Source of the DNA: an uncultured Actinomycetota bacterium
GTDB lineage: Bacteria; Actinomycetota; Actinomycetes; JAHEKZ01
Length of the DNA stretch: 64,000 nucleotides
Assembly: GCA_963743915.1 (NCBI GenBank)
Contig: CAVURN010000003.1
Coordinates: forward strand, 288,001-352,000
Direction: 5' to 3'
Both the position numbers and the translations under genes were made by a program. The notes below the pieces were generated by a model. The model was not told where the DNA came from and did not search any database. It saw only the letters and a list, made by a program, of their open reading frames with translations. Shown here one piece after another: positions 55,168-64,000 of the stretch. The stretch's first letter is position 1; every line of letters begins with the position of its first letter.

Positions 55168-56595
55168 TCAACCCTGCCGGGCCTGGGACTTGATCCGGTT
55201 CGTCAGCTCGGTGACCTGGTTGTAGACGCTCCGGCGTTCGGCCATGAGCTGGCGGATCTTCCGGTCGGCGTGCATGACGGTGGTGTGGTCGCGCCCCCCG
55301 AACTGCTGCCCGATCTTCGGCAGGGAGAGGTCGGTGAGCTCACGGCAGAGGTACATGGCGATCTGCCGCGCGTTCACCAGGACCCGGGAGCGGCTGGACC
55401 CGCACAGGTCGTCCAGGGTGAGGCCGAAGTAGGCGGCCGTCTGGGCCATGATCAGGGCGCTGGTGACCTCCGGTCCGGCACTCTCGGGGATGAGGTCCTT
55501 CAGGACGATCTCGGCGAGGGCGAGGTCGACCGGCTGGCGGTTGAGGCTCGCGAACGCCGTGACCCGGATCAGGGCACCTTCGAGCTCACGGATGTTCGTG
55601 GCGATCTTGCTCGCGATGAACTCCAGGACCTCCGGCGGCGCCTGGAGCTTCTCCTGGGCGGCCTTCTTGCGGAGGATCGCGATCCGGGTCTCGAGGTCGG
55701 GTGGCTGGACGTCGGTGGTCAGACCCCACGTGAAACGGGTCCGCATCCGGTCCTCGAAGCCGGACAGCTGCTGGGGTGAGACGTCGGACGTGATGACGAT
55801 CTGCTTGTTCGCCGTGTGCAGCGTGTTGAACGTGTGGAAGAACTCCTCCTGCGTCTGCACGCGTCCCTGCAGGAACTGGATGTCGTCGATCAGCAGGACG
55901 TCCACGTCGCGGTACCGGCGCTGGAAGGCCTGGGCCTTGTCGTCGCGGATGGAGTTGATGAAGTCGTTGGTGAACTCCTCCGAGCTCACGTAGAGCACCC
56001 GGGTGCCGGCGTACAGGCTGCGGGCATAGTGGCCGATCGCGTGCAGCAGGTGGGTCTTGCCCAGCCCGGAGCCGCCGTAGATGAACAGCGGGTTGTAGGC
56101 CTTGGCGGGCGCCTCGGCCACCGCGATCGCCGCCGCGTGCGCGAACCGGTTGCTGGCGCCGATCACGAAGGTGTCGAAGGTGTACTTGGGATTGAGCCGG
56201 GAGTCGCTGTCGAACCGGGGGACGGGGAGACCGCCCCCGGGCCTGGCGGCCGCCTCGTCGGGGATCCGGGCCGCGTCGGCCGCGATCGTCTCGGCGTCCA
56301 GCTCGTCGTCGTCGGAGGGGGCGATCTCATCGGCGAGCTCCGGTTCGACCGTCACCGCGATCCTGACCTCGCGGCCGAGCTCACGGGAGAGCACCTCGGT
56401 CACGTGGGGCCGGAGCCGGCTCTCGATGAGGTCCTTGGTGAAGTCGTTCGGTGCGGCGAGCAGCGCGGTGTCCTCGACGACCCCGACCGGGCGGGTCAGC
56501 CGGAGGAAGGCACCGGCCTGGGGGCCGGCTTCGTCGGCGAGGGTGTCGAGCACCCGGGTCCAGACCGTGGCGAAATCCTGGGTCTGCGTCGTCAC
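55168..56595 (-). CDS. dnaA: Chromosomal replication initiator DnaA
   Basis: [43 protein letters not shown] and GGRDHTTV. Confidence 0.98.
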   Translation of the reverse strand: MTTQTQDFATVWTRVLDTLADEAGPQAGAFLRLTRPVGVVEDTALLAAPNDFTKDLIESRLRPHVTEVLSRELGREVRIAVTVEPELADEIAPSDDDELDAETIAADAARIPDEAAARPGGGLPVPRFDSDSRLNPKYTFDTFVIGASNRFAHAAAIAVAEAPAKAYNPLFIYGGSGLGKTHLLHAIGHYARSLYAGTRVLYVSSEEFTNDFINSIRDDKAQAFQRRYRDVDVLLIDDIQFLQGRVQTQEEFFHTFNTLHTANKQIVITSDVSPQQLSGFEDRMRTRFTWGLTTDVQPPDLETRIAILRKKAAQEKLQAPPEVLEFIASKIATNIRELEGALIRVTAFASLNRQPVDLALAEIVLKDLIPESAGPEVTSALIMAQTAAYFGLTLDDLCGSSRSRVLVNARQIAMYLCRELTDLSLPKIGQQFGGRDHTTVMHADRKIRQLMAERRSVYNQVTELTNRIKSQARQG

Positions 56596-56635
56596 CGGTG
56601 CCCTCCAGTCCGTCGGGTGCGTGCTGATCGACCTG

Positions 56636-56801
56636 CTGTCCACACCACGTCCTCGCAGGTCAGGGCCGTGATCCACACACTCATCCACAAGCTGTGGGTG
56701 GGGACGGGCCGACCCCCGGCGCGCACCGGTGGAGTCTCGTTCCCCGGGGCGCGGGCGGACGTTACCCGTCCTCCGCGTTCCGCGTCCAGTGGTTGTCCAC
56801 A
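56636..56801. promoter_or_regulatory. DnaA boxes in the dnaA promoter region
   Basis: CTGTCCACA (56636), TGATCCACA (56669), TCATCCACA (56681) and TTGTCCACA (56793). Confidence 0.8.
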
Positions 56802-57085
56802 CCCGAGGGTTCACCGTAGCGAGCGGCGAGCGGCGTGTCTCCCCCACCCCCGCGGGGAAGTCTGCGACGGTGAGAGGTTGCCCGTCCGGCGCGGACGTCG
56901 GGGTCGCCGTGCGGCGTCGCGACCGGTCGTCCCGGTTTGACCGTGCATGGCGGTCGCGTTGTACCGTAGGCGTTCGGGCACGGGGCCCAACGGCTCCCGC
57001 CCGATCGATGTGCGACCCTGATCCACCCAGAACCTGCCCGGTGGGGGCTGCCCCCGCCCTGCCGCTTCCCGTCTCGGAGTGCCTC

Positions 57086-57223
57086 GTGTCCAAGCGTACG
57101 TTCCAGCCCAACAATCGCCGACGGGCCAAGACCCACGGCTTCCGGCTGCGGATGCGCACCCGCGCGGGCCGCTCGATCCTGTCGGCGCGCCGCCGCAAGG
57201 GCCGCGCCCGCCTGTCTGCCTGA
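57086..57223 (+). CDS. rpmH: 50S ribosomal protein L34
   Basis: [45 protein letters not shown]. Confidence 0.98.
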   Translation: MSKRTFQPNNRRRAKTHGFRLRMRTRAGRSILSARRRKGRARLSA

Positions 57224-57234
57224 TCCGCCGTCGC

Positions 57235-57585
57235 GTGCTACCGCCGGCCCACCGCATGCGCCGGAGCGCCGACTTCGCGTCCGCCGTGCGCGGCGGCCGC
57301 CGCAGCGCCCGCCCGACGCTGGTGCTGCACGTGAGGTCGAGACCGTTGGACCCCGAACCGGTCCGGGTCGGACTCGTGGTCAGTCGGAAGGTGGGCAACG
57401 CTGTGGTCCGCAACCGGGTCTCGCGGCGGCTCCGGGCAGCCTGCTCCGCCCGCCTCACGCAGTGGGCGGACGGGGACCTGGTGGTCGTCCGCGCGTTGCC
57501 CGCCTCGGCCTCGGCCAGCTCCGCCGAGCTCGGTGAGGACCTCGACCTGGCCCTCGATCGGATGCGAGGGGTGACCTCGTCGTGA
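57235..57585 (+). CDS. rnpA: RNase P protein component
   Basis: [24 protein letters not shown] (RNR motif). Confidence 0.95.
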   Translation: MLPPAHRMRRSADFASAVRGGRRSARPTLVLHVRSRPLDPEPVRVGLVVSRKVGNAVVRNRVSRRLRAACSARLTQWADGDLVVVRALPASASASSAELGEDLDLALDRMRGVTSS

Positions 57586-57935
57586 CCTCCCCCGATCTGC
57601 CCGAACAGCCTGCTGAGCAGCCCCTTGATCGCCCCGTCGAGCAGCGGCGGGGTCCGCTCGCCCGGGCCCTGCTCGCGTTGGTGCTGGCACCCCTCTGGGT
57701 CTACCGCAGGGTGATCTCGCCGATGACGCCCCAGACGTGTCGCTACTACCCGTCCTGCTCGGCCTACGCCGAGCAGGCCCTCAAGACCCACGGGGCACTG
57801 CGGGGCTCCTGGCTGGCGCTGCGCCGGCTGGGCCGCTGCCACCCCTGGACGCCGGGCGGCGTGGACCATGTGCCGCCGGCGCGCACGTCACGCGGGCAGA
57901 CCCCCGCGTCCTCCACCCCCGTGACGGGAGCGTGA
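57582..57935 (+). CDS. yidD: Membrane protein insertion efficiency factor
   Basis: YRRVISP..CRYYPSCSAYA...RCHPWTPGGVDHVP. Confidence 0.95.
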   Translation: MTSPDLPEQPAEQPLDRPVEQRRGPLARALLALVLAPLWVYRRVISPMTPQTCRYYPSCSAYAEQALKTHGALRGSWLALRRLGRCHPWTPGGVDHVPPARTSRGQTPASSTPVTGA

Positions 57936-57938
57936 CCG

Positions 57939-58886
57939 GTGGGAATCCTGGACCCGTTGTACTACGCCGTCGCCTGGATCCTGGTCCAGTGGCACTCCTT
58001 CTGGAGCCTGATCTTCCCCTCCACCAGCGGTGCTGCGTGGAGCCTCTCGATCGTCGGGCTCGTCGTCGTCATCCGGATGATGCTGATCCCGCTCTTCGTC
58101 AAGCAGATCAAGGCCCAACGCGCTCTGCAGATCCTGCAGCCGGAGATCAAGGCGATCCAGAAGCGGTACAAGGACGACCGGCAGAAGCAGTCCGAAGAGA
58201 TGATGAAGCTCTACCGCGAGAACGGGACCAACCCGTTCTCGTCGTGTCTGCCGATCCTGCTGCAGATGCCGATCTTCTTCGCGCTCTTCCACGTCCTCAA
58301 CTATGGCGTCGCGCAGGACAACCCGGTCGGCCCGATGAACCAGCAGCTCATCGACGAGGCTTCCCAGGCCACCATCTTCGGCGCCCCGATCTCAGCGTCG
58401 TTCCTGGGGTCGGACGATCCGAATGTCAAGATTGTCTCGCTTGTCCTGATTCTGCTGATGACCCTGACCACCTTCATCACGCAGAAGCAGCTGCTCGTCA
58501 AGGGCATCGCCAACGCCGACTCCAACCCGTTCCTGCAGCAGCAGAAGCTGCTGGTCTACGTCTTCCCCCTGATGTTCGCCGTCTTCGGGATCAACTTCCC
58601 GATCGGTGTGCTCATCTACTGGCTGACCACCAACCTGTGGTCGATGGGTCAGCAGTGGTACGTCATCAGGAACAACCCGGCACCCGGCAGCCCCGCCTAC
58701 GCCGAGTGGGAGGCCCGTCAGGCCCGGAAGGCCGCCAAGCACGCCGGGCACGGTGAGAGCCTGCCGGCGGTCGAGCCGGAGCCCGAGACCCCCAAGCCCC
58801 AGCGGAGCCAGCCGAAACGGCAGAGCCGCAGCAAGCGGAAGCGGGCGGCCGGACCCGACCCCGCCGCGAACCAGGAGGATGCATGA
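57939..58886 (+). CDS. yidC: Membrane protein insertase YidC
   Basis: LQPEIKAIQKRYK, NPFSSCLPILLQMPIF and GVLIYWLTTNLW. Confidence 0.96.
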   Translation: MGILDPLYYAVAWILVQWHSFWSLIFPSTSGAAWSLSIVGLVVVIRMMLIPLFVKQIKAQRALQILQPEIKAIQKRYKDDRQKQSEEMMKLYRENGTNPFSSCLPILLQMPIFFALFHVLNYGVAQDNPVGPMNQQLIDEASQATIFGAPISASFLGSDDPNVKIVSLVLILLMTLTTFITQKQLLVKGIANADSNPFLQQQKLLVYVFPLMFAVFGINFPIGVLIYWLTTNLWSMGQQWYVIRNNPAPGSPAYAEWEARQARKAAKHAGHGESLPAVEPEPETPKPQRSQPKRQSRSKRKRAAGPDPAANQEDA

Positions 58887-59380
58887 CCGAGACGACCGAC
58901 GCTCCCGAGAAAGCCACGACCCTGGCAGCCCGCCTCGAGCGGGAGGGGGACATCGCCGCCGACTACATCGAGGAGTTCCTGGACATCGCCGACCTCGACG
59001 GTGACATCGACATGGACGTCGAGGGGGAGCGGGCGATGGTCAGCCTGGTCGGCGGCAACCTCGACCATCTCGTCGGGGCCGACGGCGCGGTGCTCGACGC
59101 GCTGCAGGAGCTGACCCGACTCGCGGTGCTGCGCGAGACAGGTGAGCGGAGCCGGCTGATGCTGGACATCGCCGGCTGGCGGGCGGCGAAGCGCACGGCG
59201 CTGACCGAGTCCGGGACGACGGCGGCCCAGCAGGTCAAGGAGACCGGTGAGTCGGTGGCCCTCGAGCCCATGACGCCGTTCGAGCGGAAGATCGTGCACG
59301 ACGCGGTGGCGGCGGCCGGTTTGCGGAGCGAGTCCGAGGGACAAGAGCCGAACCGGTACGTCGTCGTGCTGCCCGCCTGA
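58883..59380 (+). CDS. Jag/KhpB RNA-binding protein (KH plus R3H)
   Basis: EGDIAADY.E..LDIADLDGDID, LDALQELTR and PMTPFERKIVHD. Confidence 0.92.
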   Translation: MTETTDAPEKATTLAARLEREGDIAADYIEEFLDIADLDGDIDMDVEGERAMVSLVGGNLDHLVGADGAVLDALQELTRLAVLRETGERSRLMLDIAGWRAAKRTALTESGTTAAQQVKETGESVALEPMTPFERKIVHDAVAAAGLRSESEGQEPNRYVVVLPA

Positions 59381-59381
59381 C

Positions 59382-59395
59382 GTTTCACGTGAAAC
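59382..59395. promoter_or_regulatory. parS site GTTTCACGTGAAAC
   Basis: Exact actinobacterial parS consensus palindrome; overlaps the rsmG start. Confidence 0.92.
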
Positions 59396-60021
59396 CGCCG
59401 CAGGAGGCGCGGGAGCTCTTCGACGACCCGGAGCGGCTGACCCTGGCGGAGCGGTACGTCGAGTGGCTGACCGGTGCCGCCGTCGAGCGGGGTCTGCTGG
59501 GCCCACGCGAGGCCGACCGGATCTGGTCCCGCCACGTGATCAACTGCGCGGTCCTGGAGCGCTTCCTCCCGGCCGGGTCACGCTCGCTGTGCGACCTCGG
59601 CTCCGGTGCCGGACTGCCCGGGGTGGTGCTCGGCCTGATGCGTCCGGAGATGGAGGTCGTGCTGCTCGAGCCCCTGCTCCGGCGGAGTACCTTTCTCCGC
59701 GAGGTGACCGACGACCTCGGGCTCGCGAACGTCCGGGTGGTGCGGGCCCGCGCGGAGGAGTACGCGGGCGACCGTCCCGCCCATGACGTGGTCGTCGCCC
59801 GCGCCGTCGCGCCGCTGTCGCGGCTGGTGGGCTGGGCGATACCGCTGCTGCGGCCAGGGGGCACGCTACTGGCGCTCAAGGGCGTCTCGGCGGAGGATGA
59901 GCTGCGCGACGCCGCCCCCGTGCTCAGCTCTCCCCAGATCCGGTCGGCGGAGGTCCTGACCACCGCAGAAGGCGGTAGCGTGACGCACGTCGTGCGCATC
60001 GTGCGAGGGGAGCAGCCATGA
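59389..60021 (+). CDS. rsmG: 16S rRNA m7G527 methyltransferase
   Basis: RGLLGPRE..RIWSRH, DLGSGAGLPG, ARAVA and LALKG. Confidence 0.95.
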   Translation: MKPPQEARELFDDPERLTLAERYVEWLTGAAVERGLLGPREADRIWSRHVINCAVLERFLPAGSRSLCDLGSGAGLPGVVLGLMRPEMEVVLLEPLLRRSTFLREVTDDLGLANVRVVRARAEEYAGDRPAHDVVVARAVAPLSRLVGWAIPLLRPGGTLLALKGVSAEDELRDAAPVLSSPQIRSAEVLTTAEGGSVTHVVRIVRGEQP

Positions 60022-60971
60022 CCGAGCAGCCGCGGGAGCGGGTCTACCCGCTGACGCCTGCCCACGTTTCACGTGAAACATCGGAGGCTGACACCCCGAT
60101 CGCCCTGGCCGCTCAGGCGGCCGCGCGGATCCGCGGTGGGCGCACCGAGAGCTGGCCCCGTCCCGCCGCGACCCGGGTGCTCACGGTGGCCAACCAGAAG
60201 GGGGGCGTGGGCAAGACCACCTCCACGGTCAACGTGGCGGCCTCTCTGGCCCTGCACGGGCTCCGGGTCCTGGTGATCGACCTCGATCCCCAGGGCAACG
60301 CGTCGACGGCACTGGCCGTCCCGCACCACGCCGGTGAGCCGAGCGTCTACGAGGTCCTGGTCGACGGCAAACCGCTCCGCTCGGCCCTCCACCCCGTGGA
60401 GGCGATCCCGGGGCTGGACTGCGTGCCGGCCACCATCGACCTGGCGGGCGCTGAGATCGAGCTGGTCTCGCTGGTCGCCAGGGAGAGCAGGCTGCAGCGG
60501 GCCCTCGCCGAGCTGCTCAAGGAGACCGAGCGGGAGGGGCAGCGGTACGACTACGTCTTCATCGACTGCCCGCCCTCCCTGGGGCTGCTCACCATCAACG
60601 CGTTCGTCGCGGCCAACGAGGTGCTCATCCCGATCCAGTGCGAGTACTACGCCCTGGAGGGCCTCGGTCAGCTGCTCCGCAACGTGGAGCTGATCCAGTC
60701 GCACCTGAATCCGCGGCTGAGCGTCTCCACCATCCTGCTCACCATGTACGACGGCCGGACCCGGCTGGCCGCCCAGGTGGCCGACGAGGTCCGGGAACAC
60801 TTCCGGGGCCTGGTCCTGTCCACCGCCATCCCCCGCTCCGTGCGTGTCTCGGAGGCTCCGAGCTACAGCCAGACCGTTCTCACCTACGATCCGGGCAGCA
60901 GCGGGGCGCTCTCCTACCTGGAGGCGGCCCGCGAGATGGCCCATCGGGCGGAGGAAGGCGGAGCCGCATGA
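60018..60971 (+). CDS. parA: Chromosome partitioning ATPase ParA
   Basis: [28 protein letters not shown] and QCEYYALEG. Confidence 0.96.
   Translation: MTEQPRERVYPLTPAHVSRETSEADTPIALAAQAAARIRGGRTESWPRPAATRVLTVANQKGGVGKTTSTVNVAASLALHGLRVLVIDLDPQGNASTALAVPHHAGEPSVYEVLVDGKPLRSALHPVEAIPGLDCVPATIDLAGAEIELVSLVARESRLQRALAELLKETEREGQRYDYVFIDCPPSLGLLTINAFVAANEVLIPIQCEYYALEGLGQLLRNVELIQSHLNPRLSVSTILLTMYDGRTRLAAQVADEVREHFRGLVLSTAIPRSVRVSEAPSYSQTVLTYDPGSSGALSYLEAAREMAHRAEEGGAA
60066..60079. promoter_or_regulatory. Second parS site, inside the parA 5' end
   Basis: GTTTCACGTGAAAC (encodes VSRET). Confidence 0.92.
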
Positions 60972-61951
60972 CCGAGAGCAAGAAGCGAGGGCTGGGCCGA
61001 GGGCTGGGAGCCCTGATCCCGACCGCACCCGGCAGCCGGACGGACACCACGCCCTCCGGCAGCGGGTCACAGGTGGTCACCGACGCCCTCCTGACCCCGT
61101 CGACCGGCGCACCGGCGGACGCGGCGTCCGGCGTCGCGCACTACGCCGAGATCCCGGTCGGATCGATCACCCCCAACCCGCGACAGCCGCGCCAGGTCTT
61201 CGACGAGGAGGCGCTGGCCGAGCTCGTCCACTCGCTGCGCGAGGTGGGGCTGCTGCAGCCGATCGTCGTGCGGCCCCTCGGCGGCGACAAGTACGAGCTG
61301 GTGGCGGGAGAGCGGAGGTGGCGGGCCGCCCAGGAGGCCGGGTTCGCGGCCATCCCGTCGATCGTCCGGGACACCGCCGACGACGTGCTTCTGCGGGACG
61401 CCCTGCTGGAGAACCTGCACCGCGCCCAGCTCAACCCGCTGGAGGAGGCCGCCGCCTACGGCCAGCTGCTCAACGACTTCGGCTGCACCCAGGAGGAGCT
61501 GGCGACCCGGATCGGCCGCTCGCGCCCCCAGGTGTCGAACACCCTGCGCCTGCTGCGCCTGCCGTCCGGGGTGCAGCGGCGGGTCGCGGCCGGCGTGCTG
61601 TCGGCCGGCCACGCCCGGGCCCTGCTCGTGCTCGACGACCCCGAGGACCAGGAGCGTCTGGCCAACCGGATCGTCGCCGAGGGGCTGTCGGTACGCACCG
61701 TCGAGGAACTGGTCACCCTCGGTGACGTGGGTGAGGACAAACCCGTACAAAAGCGGACGAAAGCCCCGCAGAATCCTGCGCTCGCCGATCTGGCCGCCGC
61801 GCTGTCGGACGCCTTGGAGACCCGGGTCTCGGTCGACCTGGGCCGCAGTCGGGGCAAGATCACCATCACCTTCGCCAGCGTCGACGACCTGGAGCGGATC
61901 GTCGACGTGATCGCCCCGGAGGCCTCGGCCGTGCTGCGGGGTCAGGCATGA
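60968..61951 (+). CDS. parB: Chromosome partitioning protein ParB
   Basis: [40 protein letters not shown] and GHARALL. Confidence 0.96.
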   Translation: MTESKKRGLGRGLGALIPTAPGSRTDTTPSGSGSQVVTDALLTPSTGAPADAASGVAHYAEIPVGSITPNPRQPRQVFDEEALAELVHSLREVGLLQPIVVRPLGGDKYELVAGERRWRAAQEAGFAAIPSIVRDTADDVLLRDALLENLHRAQLNPLEEAAAYGQLLNDFGCTQEELATRIGRSRPQVSNTLRLLRLPSGVQRRVAAGVLSAGHARALLVLDDPEDQERLANRIVAEGLSVRTVEELVTLGDVGEDKPVQKRTKAPQNPALADLAAALSDALETRVSVDLGRSRGKITITFASVDDLERIVDVIAPEASAVLRGQA

Positions 61952-62097
61952 AGGCGCGCACGCTCACCGCGGTCGTCGCCGGGTTCGCGCTGGGGGCGTT
62001 GGCGGCGTTCGCCGTCCAGCTGCTGCGTCAGAACCCCGACTTCGACCCCACGGGCTACCAGCCGCCGAGCCCCCAGCCGGGCCCGACCGCGCAGTAG
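61948..62097 (+). CDS. Small single-TM protein (49 aa)
   Basis: ATGA overlap with the parB stop; [49 protein letters not shown]; ends 2 bp before galK. Confidence 0.6.
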   Translation: MKARTLTAVVAGFALGALAAFAVQLLRQNPDFDPTGYQPPSPQPGPTAQ

Positions 62098-62099
62098 GC

Positions 62100-63200
62100 G
62101 TGCCCGCAACCTGGCGAGCCCCTGGCCGGGTGAACCTGATCGGTGACCACACCGACTACTCCGGGGGCTTCGTGCTCCCTCTGGCGATCGACCTCGCCAC
62201 CACCGTCAGGCTCACCTCGAGGTCGACCGGAAGGTTCACCGCACACTCAAGCCTGGTGCCGGACGAGAGCGTCGACGTCCCGCTCGGTGCGCTGGACGCC
62301 GTCCCGCACCGATGGGCGCGCTACGTCGCCGGCGCGGTGCGCCTGCTGAGCGACGAAGGCGTGACCCTGGGGGGCGTCGAGGTGCGGGTCGACAGCACTC
62401 TTCCGGTCGGCGCGGGACTGTCGTCGTCGGCCGCCCTCGTGTGCGCGACTCTGGGTGCGCTGCTGGACGCAGCCGGCCGACGGTGGGACCGGCAAGGCAT
62501 CGCCCTCGCCGCGCGACGCGTCGAGAACGAGTACCTCGGTGCGCCCGTCGGGGTGATGGATCCGACGGTCGTGATGCAGGCGCGTGCGGGACATGCGCTG
62601 CTGCTCGACGCACGCACCCTGGAGCGGGAGCAGATTCCCGTGCCGCTCGTGCCGCCCGGGGCACACGAGGGATGCAGCTTGCTCGTGGTCGACACGGGTG
62701 TGTCCCACTCCACTGGCGACCACGCGTATGCCGAGCGGGTGACGCAGTGCGCGACTGCCGCCGAGCTGCTGGGTGTCGCATCCCTCCGCGATGTCGCGAC
62801 GGTGGACGCGCTCGGTGCACTCACCGACCCCGTGCTCCGGGCACGCGCGCGGCACGTGGTCTCCGAGAACGAGCGCGTGCTGACGGTCGCCTCACTCCTG
62901 CGTCAGGGGCGGGTGCAGGACATCGGGCCGCTCCTCACGGCGTCGCACCGGTCGCTGCGCGACGACTTCGCGGTCAGCACCGACGCTCTCGACCTCGTCG
63001 TCAGCAGCGCGCTGGCTGCGGGCGCCCTGGGGGCACGGGTGACGGGGGCCGGCTTCGGCGGCAGCGCGGTCGTCCTGGTACCGGCGGCGAAGGCCCGCCA
63101 GGTCGCTGATGAAGTGCGGAAATCCCTTGTGTCACAAGGGATGTCGTCGCCCACCGTGCGATCGGTGCGGGCCTCCGACGCCGCGGGACCTGTGCAGTGA
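62100..63200 (+). CDS. galK: Galactokinase (GHMP kinase)
   Basis: APGRVNLIGDHTDY, PVGAGLSSSAA, GVMD, RARHVVSENERV and GARVTGAGFGG. Confidence 0.9.
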   Translation: MPATWRAPGRVNLIGDHTDYSGGFVLPLAIDLATTVRLTSRSTGRFTAHSSLVPDESVDVPLGALDAVPHRWARYVAGAVRLLSDEGVTLGGVEVRVDSTLPVGAGLSSSAALVCATLGALLDAAGRRWDRQGIALAARRVENEYLGAPVGVMDPTVVMQARAGHALLLDARTLEREQIPVPLVPPGAHEGCSLLVVDTGVSHSTGDHAYAERVTQCATAAELLGVASLRDVATVDALGALTDPVLRARARHVVSENERVLTVASLLRQGRVQDIGPLLTASHRSLRDDFAVSTDALDLVVSSALAAGALGARVTGAGFGGSAVVLVPAAKARQVADEVRKSLVSQGMSSPTVRSVRASDAAGPVQ

Positions 63201-63225
63201 GTGCGCTGAAAGTGACGCGCCCGGG

Positions 63226-64000
63226 TCACCCGACGGTGCTGGGCAACCGCACCACCTGAGGACGCAGATCGGTGGTGGGCTGGTAGAGCTGCTGCAGTGC
63301 CACGAGCACCGCCTCGGCGACCGTGTCGCGGAGGGAGGGATCGGCCAGACGCGCGGCGTCACCGGGGTGCGTCAGGTACCCGACGTCGATGCGGACGGCC
63401 GGCATCCGGGTCCGCTGGAGGATGTCCCACGTCTTGGCATCGGTGCGTCCGTCGAGCAGGTCCGTCCGGTGGACGATCTCGCGCTGCACGAGCTCGGCGA
63501 ACGCCTCACCGATCACCGAGTGCACGGAGCCGTCGCCGCTCGTGCCGTAGTAGAACGTCGCGACCCCGTGCGCATGCGGACTGTTGTGACCGTCGGTGTG
63601 CAGCGAGATGACGAGATCGGCGTCCACGTCGTTCGCGAACGTCGCGCGCTCGATCTCGGTGAGCGCGGGGCGGTCGGTGCTGGCCCCGTGCGTCAGGAAC
63701 GCACTGACGCCGAGCGCCCCGAGCCGACCCTCGATGCGCGACGCGAGGTCAGCGACGACCTCGGCCTCGACCAGTCCGTGCGCGCAGACGCCGGTGTCGT
63801 CACCGCCGTGTCCGGGATCGATGACGATGACCTTGCCCCCGAGGCCGGGACCGCTGCGGTGCAGTCGCTCGGCCTCGCGGATGTGGTGCGGGTCGCCGCC
63901 CACGACGGTGCGCGCGAGCCGGTCGAGCGCCCGGAAGGTGACGGGGCCGCACAGACCGTCGGCGGGGATCCCGAGGTTGCGCTGGAGCTCCTTGAGGGCG
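63226..64000 (-). CDS. cwlM: N-acetylmuramoyl-L-alanine amidase, CwlM-like; 5' end beyond the window
   Basis: Peptidoglycan-binding remnant (LQRNLGIPADGLCGP), GGDPHHIRE, IDPGHGG, ISLH and RIDVGYLT. Confidence 0.88.
   Translation of the reverse strand, partial: ALKELQRNLGIPADGLCGPVTFRALDRLARTVVGGDPHHIREAERLHRSGPGLGGKVIVIDPGHGGDDTGVCAHGLVEAEVVADLASRIEGRLGALGVSAFLTHGASTDRPALTEIERATFANDVDADLVISLHTDGHNSPHAHGVATFYYGTSGDGSVHSVIGEAFAELVQREIVHRTDLLDGRTDAKTWDILQRTRMPAVRIDVGYLTHPGDAARLADPSLRDTVAEAVLVALQQLYQPTTDLRPQVVRLPSTVG

Noticed and set aside
55727-55736. CACGTGAAAC inside dnaA as a third parS
   Set aside because: Only part of the palindrome matches; the left arm is absent.
55168-57198. 676-aa DnaA with a long N-terminal extension
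   Set aside because: The extension crosses the DnaA-box promoter region and rpmH; homology starts near GTG 56595.

Overview
High-GC actinobacterial chromosome segment spanning the replication origin. The conserved backbone is cwlM/parB/parA/rsmG/jag/yidC/yidD/rnpA/rpmH, then dnaA-oriC-dnaN-recF-dciA-gyrB-gyrA-DUF3566, tRNA-Ile/tRNA-Ala, ppiA-rhomboid, crgA/DUF881/sortase/trpG, the fhaA-fhaB-pstP-rodA-pbpA-pknB cluster and tRNA-Leu. Two accessory stretches interrupt it. (1) About 8.7-16.7 kb: an agmatine deiminase operon (ptcA-aguD-aguA, no carbamate kinase or regulator) with a highly structured leader, a GNAT, a TraR/DksA gene behind a PPP-stop leader and terminator, and an MMPL transporter. 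(2) About 29.5-46 kb: a 10-gene, mostly translationally coupled operon (PhoX, GntR, a divergent enolase with SHRS->SERS, a divergent type-2 glycerate kinase, a Pot-like ABC importer, a flavin oxidoreductase and a class-III aminotransferase). This operon is the best candidate for an undescribed catabolic pathway for a hydroxylated amine or polyamine. Many single-base frameshifts, including in gyrA, gyrB and recF, point to long-read sequencing errors rather than pseudogenes. No integrase, transposase, CRISPR array or rRNA was seen.
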